A stretch of 64,000 nt of DNA from Nitrospira sp. (GCA_024998595.1 JACOEK010000006.1:126433-190432); one strand, 5' to 3'. Counted from the first letter of the stretch, positions 1 through 8,599 are shown. A program made the numbers and translations. The notes: generated by a model not told the origin, from the sequence alone.

Positions 1-453
1 GGGAAGGCCCGGCGGGTGGACATGTCCCAGGGTCTCGCAAAGGCTCTGACGGAATGGATCGAGCTACAGGATCTGGAGGCGGCAGCCGCTGGACAGGCCA
101 CACCTCAAATCCTCTTTCCTGGCAACCTGGGAGGAACCAGGCGGGAGCCGAGTTATATGGCCGAGAATTGGTTACGGTACAAACTGTGGTTTCCGATGGT
201 GGAGAAAGCGGGACTACGACGACTCGATATGCATAGTGTCCGACATACCTATGCCAGCCGACTCATCGCGAATGGCGAGAACCTGAAATATGTCCAAGAG
301 CAACTTGGCCATGCGTCGATTACCATCACCTGTGACACCTATGGGCATCTGATTCCAGGCGGGAATCGGCAAGCGGTCGATAAGCTGGATTCGTTAAAAA
401 TCGGTTCTGGAACCGTGACCAAAACCGTGACCAGCACTTACGAAATCTCCTAA
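1..453 (+). CDS. Tyrosine recombinase/phage integrase, C-terminal part (5' end lies outside the window)
   Basis: Frame is open from base 1 (GKARRVDM...). Catalytic motifs HSVRHTYAS (HxxR) and LGHASITITCDTYGH (H/W...Y). Confidence 0.9.
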   Translation, partial: GKARRVDMSQGLAKALTEWIELQDLEAAAAGQATPQILFPGNLGGTRREPSYMAENWLRYKLWFPMVEKAGLRRLDMHSVRHTYASRLIANGENLKYVQEQLGHASITITCDTYGHLIPGGNRQAVDKLDSLKIGSGTVTKTVTSTYEIS

Positions 454-470
454 GTCTTTGATTTTTGAGC
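411..470. mobile_element. Putative attachment (att) site region of an integrative element
   Basis: Tandem 11-bp direct repeat AACCGTGACCA at 411-421 and 423-433 (arm-site-like), then TAAGTCTTTGATTT (core-site-like) at the overlap of the integrase stop and the stop of the 450-644 CDS. Confidence 0.45.
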
Positions 471-644
471 GAACACAGTGGCATCGCAAGCGATGTACTT
501 AATCTGCTTCATCGGCACGATGATGACTTCCTTGGCCGAATCTACTTCGAGCACTTCCATATCTTCGCTGATTGTGTGACGAATCGCATCCTTCACCAGC
601 AGTTCCTGATTGTCGGCAAACACGACTTTCACCCAATATTGCAC
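450..644 (-). CDS. Small hypothetical protein (64 aa)
   Basis: GTG start with AAGGAG upstream; lies directly downstream of proC on the same strand; globular-looking composition. Confidence 0.75.
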   Translation of the reverse strand: MQYWVKVVFADNQELLVKDAIRHTISEDMEVLEVDSAKEVIIVPMKQIKYIACDATVFAQKSKT

Positions 645-659
645 GAGACTCGCTCCTTG

Positions 660-1490
660 TTAGAGATGATCGCTCTCCGCCTTGCCTAATTCTTGTGATC
701 GCTGCGTGGCCGCTTCCACGGCCGAGATCAGCGTCGCCCGTAGCCGCCCCTGCTCCAGTTGAGCTAAACCCGTGATCGTGGTCCCTCCGGGCGAGGCCAC
801 CCGGTCCTTCAACACCGCCGGATGCTCCCCCTGCTGCAGTACCATACTGGCTGCGCCGGCCACGGTTTGCGCCGCCAACTGTTGCGCGGTGGCCCGCGGC
901 AACCCGGCCAAAACCCCGCCGTCCGCGAGCGCTTCGATCATGGCGAACACGTAGGCCGGACCGCTTCCACTCAAGCCGGTCACGGCATCCAGCAGGCGTT
1001 CCTCCACCACCACAACTGTTCCCACCGATTCGAACAACTGCCGGGCCGTCTCACGATCCTCGGACGACAATCCTGGCGCGAGACTCATCGCCGTCACGCC
1101 CTCCCCGATTGCGGACGGCGTATTCGGCATGGCACGGACGAGTCTGGCCGCACCCGCGACCCTACCTTGTAAGCGGGACAAGGGATAGCCTGCGGCGACT
1201 GAGACCAACAGCGGGTGCGTTATCAGCGAGGGTGTGAGGTCGGTGAGCACATCATCAAGCACCTGTGGCTCGACACAGAGCACGACGATGTCCGCTCCTT
1301 GAATCGCCGCCTGGTTGTCGGCCGTCACACTCACCGCAAAGGTGCGGCGCAATAGGTCGCGCCTGGAGGAAAGCGGGTCGCTGACGAGAAGGCGGTCTGG
1401 CGTGGTCAGGCCTTTTCGCAACAACCCTCCAAGCAACGCCTCCGCCATGTTACCGCCGCCGACAAAGCCGATCTGCCGTCCCGTCAACAT
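660..1490 (-). CDS. proC: Pyrroline-5-carboxylate reductase
   Basis: IGFVGGGNMAEA Rossmann motif, RAMPNTP, TGLSGSGPAY, VASPGGTT. Start placed at ATG 1490, just after the -10 box. Confidence 0.97.
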   Translation of the reverse strand: MLTGRQIGFVGGGNMAEALLGGLLRKGLTTPDRLLVSDPLSSRRDLLRRTFAVSVTADNQAAIQGADIVVLCVEPQVLDDVLTDLTPSLITHPLLVSVAAGYPLSRLQGRVAGAARLVRAMPNTPSAIGEGVTAMSLAPGLSSEDRETARQLFESVGTVVVVEERLLDAVTGLSGSGPAYVFAMIEALADGGVLAGLPRATAQQLAAQTVAGAASMVLQQGEHPAVLKDRVASPGGTTITGLAQLEQGRLRATLISAVEAATQRSQELGKAESDHL

Positions 1491-1496
1491 GGCGCG

Positions 1497-1526
1497 ATTA
1501 TACGGAGGCCTTTCGAGCCGGCGCAA
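1497..1526 (-). promoter_or_regulatory. Sigma70-type promoter of proC (probably leaderless transcript)
   Basis: TTGCGC-N18-TATAAT, with 6 nt to the ATG. Confidence 0.6.
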
Positions 1527-1527
1527 C

Positions 1528-1556
1528 TTGCAACCGCCGGGAGGGGTTGTTATAGA
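1528..1556 (+). promoter_or_regulatory. Sigma70-type promoter divergent from proC
   Basis: TTGCAA-N17-TATAGA upstream of the 1607 CDS. Confidence 0.5.
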
Positions 1557-1606
1557 GTGATTGACACGATTGCCCTCATCGTCTTTTTGAGCAGAACGGA
1601 GCCGAC

Positions 1607-2683
1607 ATGAGATGCATCCTCTCGCTTGTCATTCTGGGAATCCTGCTGCTTCTCGGCGATCCAAGCTGGGCCCGCCGGGAGTCCTTGACCGCTGAGCAAA
1701 AGAGTCAGATGGAACGAATCGACCGTGTGCTCATTACGGTCCTCGCCCTGTCGGACAAAGGCACCATCGAGGCCGGCCCGCTCGCCGAGGTTGCGGTTAG
1801 TCGCATGAAGGAATTCGGGTACACCCCGGTGACGGATCCGACCCAACCGCACGATGTCGAGCTGAAGATCAAATGCGAGCAGAAAAAGACCTGGGAAGGC
1901 ACGACTACGATGGGGAGCGACGCCGATCTTCCCGATGCCCCCTCGCGCATTTGGAAGGGACCGGCCTGCCAGCTTGGGTATCTGCTCAACGGGAAAAAAA
2001 TGGCCTGGCGCAAGGAGGTCCGCACGGACTTCGATGATCCCCAGGCTGCGGCGGCGCTCGCCAAGGCCGGCGATCCTACTGCATTCGCCATGGCTAAGTT
2101 ACAATCCCGCCTCGAAGAGTACGATTTTCCCGCTCTCATCACGGCTGAATGGGGGCAGGAGGAACGGCTGTTTCGTCTCTACGACGATCCGAAGACGCCC
2201 GTGGCGCGCAAGGTAAAGCTCGTGGCCTTGTTCGGCGACCTCTTTTCCGTGAAAGCCATTCCACGCCTGCTGGACGGTCTCAATGGGCCCGATCGCAGCA
2301 TTGCCAAGGCCTCTGCGCTGGCCCTTGGCAATATCGGTCAGAAAGACACGATTCCGGTGCTCATCAAGACGATGAAATCCGGCGCGCCGGATCTACGCGC
2401 GCCCGCAGCCAAGGCCTTGGGAATCGTCGGCGCCCTGCATGGGGACTTCACCATCGTCGATCCCTTGCTGGAAACCCTCAACACCGAGGATGTCGCCGTC
2501 AAAACCGAGGTCGCCTGGGCGCTGGGGAAACTGCCGGACATGCGCGCTTACGAGCCGCTCTTCGCTCTGCAGAAATCGCTGTACCACGTCCATGAAAACG
2601 ATACCGACCCGAACCTGGTCAAATTGAAGGAAGCCGTCAATTGGAGCATCAAACAGATCGACACCTGGGAACACGTACAGTAG
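1607..2683 (+). CDS. Exported HEAT-repeat protein
   Basis: N-terminal signal peptide; C-terminal HEAT/PBS-lyase-like repeats (ASALALGNIG, AAKALGIVG, VAWALGKL). Confidence 0.85.
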   Translation: MRCILSLVILGILLLLGDPSWARRESLTAEQKSQMERIDRVLITVLALSDKGTIEAGPLAEVAVSRMKEFGYTPVTDPTQPHDVELKIKCEQKKTWEGTTTMGSDADLPDAPSRIWKGPACQLGYLLNGKKMAWRKEVRTDFDDPQAAAALAKAGDPTAFAMAKLQSRLEEYDFPALITAEWGQEERLFRLYDDPKTPVARKVKLVALFGDLFSVKAIPRLLDGLNGPDRSIAKASALALGNIGQKDTIPVLIKTMKSGAPDLRAPAAKALGIVGALHGDFTIVDPLLETLNTEDVAVKTEVAWALGKLPDMRAYEPLFALQKSLYHVHENDTDPNLVKLKEAVNWSIKQIDTWEHVQ

Positions 2684-3222
2684 GCGAACGCCTAACCACC
2701 GGCTGGTGCTGGCGATTGCTCATCGTCCCGATTCTGGGGCTGTCCCTGCTGATGGGTATCGTCGGACGGGCACAGGCCCAATTACTCGGGGAGGAGGCAG
2801 AGCTCGACCGGCTCCGGGCCAAGGCAGAAGATGCGATGGGGAATGACGATGCGGAAGGCGCGGCCATGAACATGGGTCGCGCGGCGTTGATGGCGGCCCA
2901 ACTCGGCAAACGGCAAATCGAACCGGCGTTGCGCCAGGCGTTCAAGGCTACGGAACACCTCTATCGATCGCAAGAACATGGCTATCGAGGGCTGGCCCTC
3001 TTCAGGCGGGCCGGTGGAGAACTTCCCGCTTCAGCCGGCGTATGCGGCAGCCTTCAGTTGGCACAGCTCGAACTCCAGCATACCCAGGAATCTCTCGCTC
3101 AATCGGTGACTCCAGACCGACCTGACGCCGCCTCTCCTCGACTGCCCGCCATCCGACAAACGACAGACGATTGGGCCATCGTGTTGTCGTCGATGCAGGG
3201 GGAGTTTCGCTGCCCCAACTAG
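2641..3222 (+). CDS. Hypothetical exported helical protein (true start probably downstream, about 2716-2752)
   Basis: Hydrophobic signal-like stretch ending AQA, followed by an Ala/Leu-rich helical region. Confidence 0.7.
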   Translation: MEHQTDRHLGTRTVGERLTTGWCWRLLIVPILGLSLLMGIVGRAQAQLLGEEAELDRLRAKAEDAMGNDDAEGAAMNMGRAALMAAQLGKRQIEPALRQAFKATEHLYRSQEHGYRGLALFRRAGGELPASAGVCGSLQLAQLELQHTQESLAQSVTPDRPDAASPRLPAIRQTTDDWAIVLSSMQGEFRCPN

Positions 3223-3273
3223 CAGGCCGTTGAAAAAAGCCGCCATCTTCGTTCTCGCATCGCTCAAAAGCCC
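3220..3273 (-). repeat. Partial copy of a palindromic dispersed repeat (MITE/REP-like, family 1)
   Basis: Reverse complement matches the right half of the 3360-3483 element (GCGAGAACG...TGGCGGCT...TTTC...CCTGC-TAG); its end overlaps the TAG stop at 3220-3222. Confidence 0.7.
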
Positions 3274-3359
3274 AGCCGCACGAACATCCAGCGGCAACAC
3301 CCATTATTCCACCGGCGGGCTAGGTTCACTCACACGGCATATCGATGGGCCGGATGCCT

Positions 3360-3483
3360 GCAGGATGCGCAAACGGGCCGTCCAGCAAGGCCGCAGGCAG
3401 TGAAGGCCCGAGGCGTACCCTGCGGTACGTTGAGGGCCAGAACGAAGCGAGAACGCCGCTGGCGGCTCGTTTCCGTATCCTGC
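3360..3483 (+). repeat. Complete palindromic dispersed repeat (MITE/REP-like, family 1), 124 bp
   Basis: Terminal inverted repeats GCAGGATGCGCAAACGGGCCG (3360-3380) and CGGCTCGTTTCCGTATCCTGC (3463-3483) match at 18/21, with two of the mismatches G-U compatible. Confidence 0.8.
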
Positions 3484-3488
3484 CTAGG

Positions 3489-3932
3489 CTAGTCGTCTTC
3501 CGGATTGATGATATGCAACCCGGCGGGACGACAGGCGGCCAACAGTTGTTTGTCTGCGCTGACCACCGTCAGCCGGAGCGGCTTCAATTCCAGGGCTAAG
3601 GCCAAATGCAGGAGCTGCGGCGAGCGCAGTGCCGGGTAGTCCAAAATCAATTCCTTCGCCGCCAGATAGGTCTCCATCGTGGGGGAAATAAATTGGAAGA
3701 GCCCCTGTGCGGCTTCCATCTCAAACTTGTATAGGACGGAATAACAATCGTCCCGCGTGATTTCTCCCTGCTGCGCACGAACGGACAAGGCAGAATAAAA
3801 GTCCGTCACGCTCCACATGGGGAGAATGGCCACCTTTCCGCGCTTCACCATGAGTTTGTTGACGATGCGCGTCCCTCGCTCCATGCTGTAGCGTTTAACC
3901 AGCGCCGTGGAATCGAAATAGTAATAGGGCAT
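3489..3932 (-). CDS. vapC: PIN-domain (VapC-like) protein with a variant active site
   Basis: YFDSTALVKRY, TDFYSAL, LRSPQLLHLA and VSAD motifs; 147 aa; directly downstream of a small ORF. Confidence 0.85.
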   Translation of the reverse strand: MPYYYFDSTALVKRYSMERGTRIVNKLMVKRGKVAILPMWSVTDFYSALSVRAQQGEITRDDCYSVLYKFEMEAAQGLFQFISPTMETYLAAKELILDYPALRSPQLLHLALALELKPLRLTVVSADKQLLAACRPAGLHIINPEDD

Positions 3933-3933
3933 C

Positions 3934-4182
3934 CTACACCCTCCCCTTCAAGAGACTGTCGGCCAACGGCGACTGGAGCTTGGAGAGGCGATCCTGCAAC
4001 TCATCCAGCGGCAATTCCTCATAATAGCCCTGCTTGCGAAAGATGCTCACGATGTCACTCTTCAACACCTGCTGCGTGTCGGCGGTCAGCCGTTCGCGCA
4101 GATGTTTTTTCATCGCCTGGCTGGACATCCGGCGTCCCCCGCCGGCCTGTTCGCCCGCCTTCCGGGTCCCTGTCTTTGCCAT
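3934..4182 (-). CDS. Putative antitoxin partner (82 aa)
   Basis: Stop lies 1 nt from the PIN start; strong SD; C-terminus LSKLQSPLADSLL resembles VapB tails. Confidence 0.65.
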   Translation of the reverse strand: MAKTGTRKAGEQAGGGRRMSSQAMKKHLRERLTADTQQVLKSDIVSIFRKQGYYEELPLDELQDRLSKLQSPLADSLLKGRV

Positions 4183-4217
4183 TGCCTCTCCTCTCTCCTA
4201 TGGTTAATTCGCAGCGG

Positions 4218-5354
4218 TTAACGACTGAGTGGCGGCTGAGCCGCCTCCTTCGGACAACCAGACGGCGCAGAGGACGAAACCGATAATTCCCTCTCTCCGT
4301 AGATATGCGCGGCCACCGCATGGGCCAGATCTGACGAAAACTCCTGCTGCATGACACGAACGGCTTTGGCCGCAGCTTCCCGCTCCGTCACATGTCCTTC
4401 TTTTCCGCCTTTCGACACCGCGCCGACGACACGGTGGGATGAGACTTCTTCGATCACGGCATCCGTACACCAGCGCACATAACGAAACTGCGGGTCTGGG
4501 ACTTCGATGGGCCACATCCGCACAGTCCCTTTGATCAGCAATTCCGCCGAAGCCGCGCCGGGGCCATAACCCACGACTGTGAAACCTTCCTGAGCGAGAC
4601 CTTCGATGAGCGCCCGTTCGAGCGGTTCCGCCTGCTCGCCTGTGACGTCCACAGCCATCGCCAAATTCGCGGCGAGAAACTGCTCCAATTCGGCGGTCAA
4701 TTCGGCTACACGATAGGCGGCCGGATTGCCCTGTCCGTTCGAACGAATCGTGCGCAGGTCGGTGTTGTACGCTTCGCGAAGAACCAGATTCTTGGTGGCC
4801 CGCTTGAGATTACGCACATGTGAGAGTTTGTCCTGAGCCTGATGCGCTTCCGTCACTTCCGTGTGAATCGTCCGATCGAGGTCAGCCAGACGTTCCAGCA
4901 TGGCTGATTCGGCTTGCCCCCGGTTCATGCCTGCCAGAGCATAGTACTGTCGCGCCTTTTGGTCAAACCAGGTATCGAGGACCTGAACGTTCTCCAGCAC
5001 CTTATCCGTCGTCACACGCGTGACGTTGTCCAGAATCAGCTTACGCTTCGTGTTCGTCTGCCCGCGGGATTCCACCACCAGGTACGACTCCCAATCCTTG
5101 GCCTGAGCCGTGATCTCCGCTTTAAAAATTCGCGACACAGCCGCATAGGCCTGTTCAGTGGCCTGAGGTCGAGAATCGGCCTGGCCTACGCCCACCAGAT
5201 AGTGCGTGGAAGGAAATTGGGTGCTGCCGCCGTCGATCCAGGCCGGTTTGGAAGACCCGCCGAACCAGCCGCAACCGGAACCCAGTAGCACCAACAGCAA
5301 CACCAGGCCGATTCGTACACCTCGATCGGAACCCTTGCGCATGACTGCTCTCAT
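4218..5354 (-). CDS. LPP20-family lipoprotein
   Basis: Lipobox LLGSGC; PAWI...YLVGVG...AYAAVSRIF pattern typical of LPP20. Confidence 0.75.
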   Translation of the reverse strand: MRAVMRKGSDRGVRIGLVLLLVLLGSGCGWFGGSSKPAWIDGGSTQFPSTHYLVGVGQADSRPQATEQAYAAVSRIFKAEITAQAKDWESYLVVESRGQTNTKRKLILDNVTRVTTDKVLENVQVLDTWFDQKARQYYALAGMNRGQAESAMLERLADLDRTIHTEVTEAHQAQDKLSHVRNLKRATKNLVLREAYNTDLRTIRSNGQGNPAAYRVAELTAELEQFLAANLAMAVDVTGEQAEPLERALIEGLAQEGFTVVGYGPGAASAELLIKGTVRMWPIEVPDPQFRYVRWCTDAVIEEVSSHRVVGAVSKGGKEGHVTEREAAAKAVRVMQQEFSSDLAHAVAAHIYGERELSVSSSAPSGCPKEAAQPPLSR

Positions 5355-6847
5355 AACATCACTCGTTCGATCAGAAAGAGTGTTTGTCCCGCACGCAGGA
5401 CGAGAGGGCGCGGAGACTCAACCTGCGGCGTTCCTCCGCTCCGAATCATCGCTTGAATCCGGCTGTTATATTCGCCTGGCGGCACCCAGAGGCGGGAAAT
5501 CTGAATCTCATCCGGCAATGTTCGCCAACTTCTGGTGTCCGCGGATTCCGACGCCACGGCCAAGCCATGCGCGAGGACGCCCACTAGCAGTCCAACCCAC
5601 GGCGCGTCGCCTTTATTCACCGCATGCTGCGATCCGCGTGTGGCGGCTTCGGCCGCGGCAAATTTCACGGCCGCCCGGGCCAGAGCCTTTGTCGTGATTC
5701 CAGGCATACGATCAGAGAGGGACCGTTCAGCCAGCGCGGTGCCATTGTAGACCAACTCAGATGTCGCCGAAATCGGCTCTCCCGCTCGAGGCACCAAGGT
5801 CACCGTCTCGTGCAGCACCTGCGTTTTCTGCGGGATCAGTTTCGGCAGGGCCACTCGCACGACTCGCCCATTCAACCCGTACAACACACTGTCAGCCACC
5901 CGACGCTCTTGGCGATTCGAGGCATGGATGACGCCCCGGTTCAGGAGCACCAACTGCAATGCGCTCAGACTGATGGGGATGTCGAGAAACGCGTCTTCCT
6001 TGCGCGGCGCGCGGCCATTATAGCCGATCACGACGACCTGGGCGAGATTCTGCTGCTCAGGTCGTGGCATCCAGTGCGTCTCGGGAAACAGACGCCGGTA
6101 TTCCTCGAACTCGGTTGTCATATGCAGGGCATCGGTCGTCCTCAGTAAATCCGCGCGGAGCATCGGCGGCATGGGTGTCCGCGCCCACGTCTTCGTCGCG
6201 TCGTAAATTTCATAGGCCTTCCGGTAGGCGATGAAGGCGTTGTTGAGATCGCCCGTCGACTCATACAATACACCGGTCAGATAGCGGGCAAATGCATCTT
6301 CGCGGTATCCGTCTTTTTCCTTGGCGGTATCAGACAACACGTTCAGCCGGTGATCGATCTGTCTGGCCTCGACCACGGCTTCCATCAGTTGTCCCATCGC
6401 CGCATAATTCAGCGCCTTGATGATGTTGATCATCACATGTTCATAGGGGTCGCCTTCATAGGGCAGCACGTTGTCATTGGTCAGAAAGGCGGCAGTCTCC
6501 GTCCTGACCGTCCTCGTATAGAGCCGTTCGACTTCCTGCGCCGCCAGTTCAAGCTGCGCATTGCTCAGCATGTAGTCGCCGGCGAGGTGGAGGGTCATTC
6601 CTCGGTCCATGCTGTAGAGGAGACGGTTGCGCGAGCCATATTCGGACTCAGCCTGTGCCATGATGGCGTCCGCCCGTCGCGCGTCGTGTGCCGCCAGGCT
6701 TTGATCGATGAGAAGATAGTGGTTGGATGACAGCCCGCAGCCGGACAGCAACCACACCAGGCTCCAGCATAGGATCGAGAGCGAGGGCCAAGAAATGAAA
6801 CGGCCTCCCTGAGGGGAGGCCGTGGTCGATGGGAGGTAGGGTCTCAA
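5351..6847 (-). CDS. COG3014-like TPR lipoprotein
   Basis: Lipobox LLSGC; YEGDPYEHVM, NNAFIAYRKA, ADTRSWRTLP motifs; adjacent to lpoB; 4-nt overlap with the next gene. Confidence 0.8.
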   Translation of the reverse strand: MRPYLPSTTASPQGGRFISWPSLSILCWSLVWLLSGCGLSSNHYLLIDQSLAAHDARRADAIMAQAESEYGSRNRLLYSMDRGMTLHLAGDYMLSNAQLELAAQEVERLYTRTVRTETAAFLTNDNVLPYEGDPYEHVMINIIKALNYAAMGQLMEAVVEARQIDHRLNVLSDTAKEKDGYREDAFARYLTGVLYESTGDLNNAFIAYRKAYEIYDATKTWARTPMPPMLRADLLRTTDALHMTTEFEEYRRLFPETHWMPRPEQQNLAQVVVIGYNGRAPRKEDAFLDIPISLSALQLVLLNRGVIHASNRQERRVADSVLYGLNGRVVRVALPKLIPQKTQVLHETVTLVPRAGEPISATSELVYNGTALAERSLSDRMPGITTKALARAAVKFAAAEAATRGSQHAVNKGDAPWVGLLVGVLAHGLAVASESADTRSWRTLPDEIQISRLWVPPGEYNSRIQAMIRSGGTPQVESPRPLVLRAGQTLFLIERVML

Positions 6848-6861
6848 CTGAATACGTCGGG

Positions 6862-7491
6862 CTAAAAAATCGTGCGTTTCTTTTCGATAACTTTCTTGAT
6901 CTTCTTCTGTCCGAACCAGGATTTCACATTGTTTTCCAGATCGACCATTTCCAGATCGATTTGATAAAAGACCGCTTTGGCCCCGTCCTGCTCGTCGAGA
7001 ATCGTGGCGATACTTCCACGCATCATATAGTCTGCGCCGATTTCCTTGCCGGGCGCCTTTTGCGTATCCTCGCGGGCGTGGACAGCCTGTTCGCGGCGTT
7101 CTTCCCGCACCTCATCACGCTCCCCCTTGGCGGCGACGAAGGTGACCTTCTGCGAGTTCGTCAACTCACGCTCCAAATCATTCACGAACGTCTGCACATT
7201 GATATGCTCATGGCTCTTGTTGAGTACGGTCCCGACGATGACGACGGGCTGACGATTCTTTCCCTTGGTAAAGTTGCCGAGCCAGGGATTCGCGAGAGCT
7301 TCCTTGACCATAGCCTCGGCGACCATCTGCGAATCGGTATCGTTCCACCGGCCGCTGAGGTCGGTCACCGTGCCCGTATCGACGCGCGTCACCTTAGTTT
7401 CGTGGCCGCACCCGCTGACCGCGGCGGCACAACCCACCAGCAGCACCATCACACCTGCCCGCAACACTGAACGCTCCCGCCACTCGATCAT
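6862..7491 (-). CDS. lpoB: Penicillin-binding protein activator LpoB family lipoprotein
   Basis: Lipobox AVSGC; DLSGRWNDTDSQMVAEAM, NKSHEHI, GADYMMRGSI, YQIDLEMVDLENN. Confidence 0.85.
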   Translation of the reverse strand: MIEWRERSVLRAGVMVLLVGCAAAVSGCGHETKVTRVDTGTVTDLSGRWNDTDSQMVAEAMVKEALANPWLGNFTKGKNRQPVVIVGTVLNKSHEHINVQTFVNDLERELTNSQKVTFVAAKGERDEVREERREQAVHAREDTQKAPGKEIGADYMMRGSIATILDEQDGAKAVFYQIDLEMVDLENNVKSWFGQKKIKKVIEKKRTIF

Positions 7492-7532
7492 GCTCGCTCT
7501 CCTCCCGGCAACAGGCCCAGCCGGCGCCTCGA

Positions 7533-8099
7533 CTATTTCGTCGCCCGTTTGTCTTCTTCTTTTTCCAGACGATCGAACAACCGGTCGGCATTTTTGCGCA
7601 CGAAGTCCCGGACCTGGCCATTGAGTTCCTTGGCCTGCTCCAGATTGTTCTTCATATCCTCAAGGCTGAGCTTGGTAAGAACGTAATAGGTTCCCGACTT
7701 CTCGTCCTTATATCGATCCATAGGCTTGACGCCATTCAATGTGACCGCGGAGAACGTCTTCACCGCCCGCTCGATATTCTGTTCTTCGCTATTGCGGGAG
7801 AAATCACCAGCCGTCGTGGACGCCGCATAGTCGCGCATCAGGTACGCTGTGTACGTTTCAAAGGTCTTGGCGATTTCAGCGCGACTGCGGTTCTCCGCGG
7901 TGTCCCAGGCCAACGGTTCGTTGCGCACGCCGACGACCGAGCCGACACCGTAGAAGGATTTATCGCTTTTCTCATTGAACGCACCGGACCCTTTTTTGAC
8001 CCAGTTCGGGGGACCACCGCAGGCCGTCAGCCCGATGAGGAGTACAAGCGCCAGCGCGCTTCCGGTGAACTTCGACAAAGCCCCCTCTGCTCTGCTCAT
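7533..8099 (-). CDS. LPP20-family lipoprotein
   Basis: AAGGAGGA SD before ATG 8099; lipobox LTAC; PPNWV...FYGVG...AENRSRAEIAK. Confidence 0.8.
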   Translation of the reverse strand: MSRAEGALSKFTGSALALVLLIGLTACGGPPNWVKKGSGAFNEKSDKSFYGVGSVVGVRNEPLAWDTAENRSRAEIAKTFETYTAYLMRDYAASTTAGDFSRNSEEQNIERAVKTFSAVTLNGVKPMDRYKDEKSGTYYVLTKLSLEDMKNNLEQAKELNGQVRDFVRKNADRLFDRLEKEEDKRATK

Positions 8100-8225
8100 A
8101 CGATTCCTCCTTGGTGTGGTACCTGTGAGATCCGACGACTCGGTTGTGCGCGGCAAGATGATGGAAGATCGACGTGTGTGGTTCACTGGGCGACGAGAGA
8201 CAATTGCGCGAAAAAACGAGTTTTT

Positions 8226-8254
8226 ATGCTAACATGCACCCCCAAGACTGTCAA
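8226..8254 (-). promoter_or_regulatory. Sigma70 promoter of the lipoprotein operon
   Basis: TTGACA-N17-TAGCAT. Confidence 0.65.
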
Positions 8255-8333
8255 CGCGGAACCCGTTCTGCGGTTGACGTCCGCACTCGCAAAGGAAACA
8301 TTTTTACGTAGCAGCGCGAAGGAGACGAAACAG

Positions 8334-8504
8334 ATGGCTGACGTTCAGATTGAAGACGGCATCATTCGGGTCGTTCAACTCGATATTCAGGATCCGAAGG
8401 CCGCCGCTGTGCTGGCGGAATATCCGCAGGTGCGTTGGCCCGAGATTACGCGCCGGGCCTTGAAGATCGGACTAGGGTACCTGAAAGGCGGGGGCAAAGA
8501 GTAG
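8334..8504 (+). CDS. Small hypothetical protein (56 aa)
   Basis: AAGGAG SD upstream of ATG 8334; MADVQIEDGIIRVVQLDIQD...RRALKIGLGYL. Confidence 0.65.
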   Translation: MADVQIEDGIIRVVQLDIQDPKAAAVLAEYPQVRWPEITRRALKIGLGYLKGGGKE

Positions 8505-8599
8505 CCGCCGAGTGAACCACGGCGGGCCGCAGCACGATCCATGGCTGCGCTGAACATGTAGTCAGCTTTGACGATGGTACAGGCTGGTCGGGGATTCTG

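Noticed and set aside
3220-3491. CRISPR array
   Set aside because: The repeats are long palindromes in opposite orientations, not regularly spaced direct repeats with unique spacers, and no cas genes are present.
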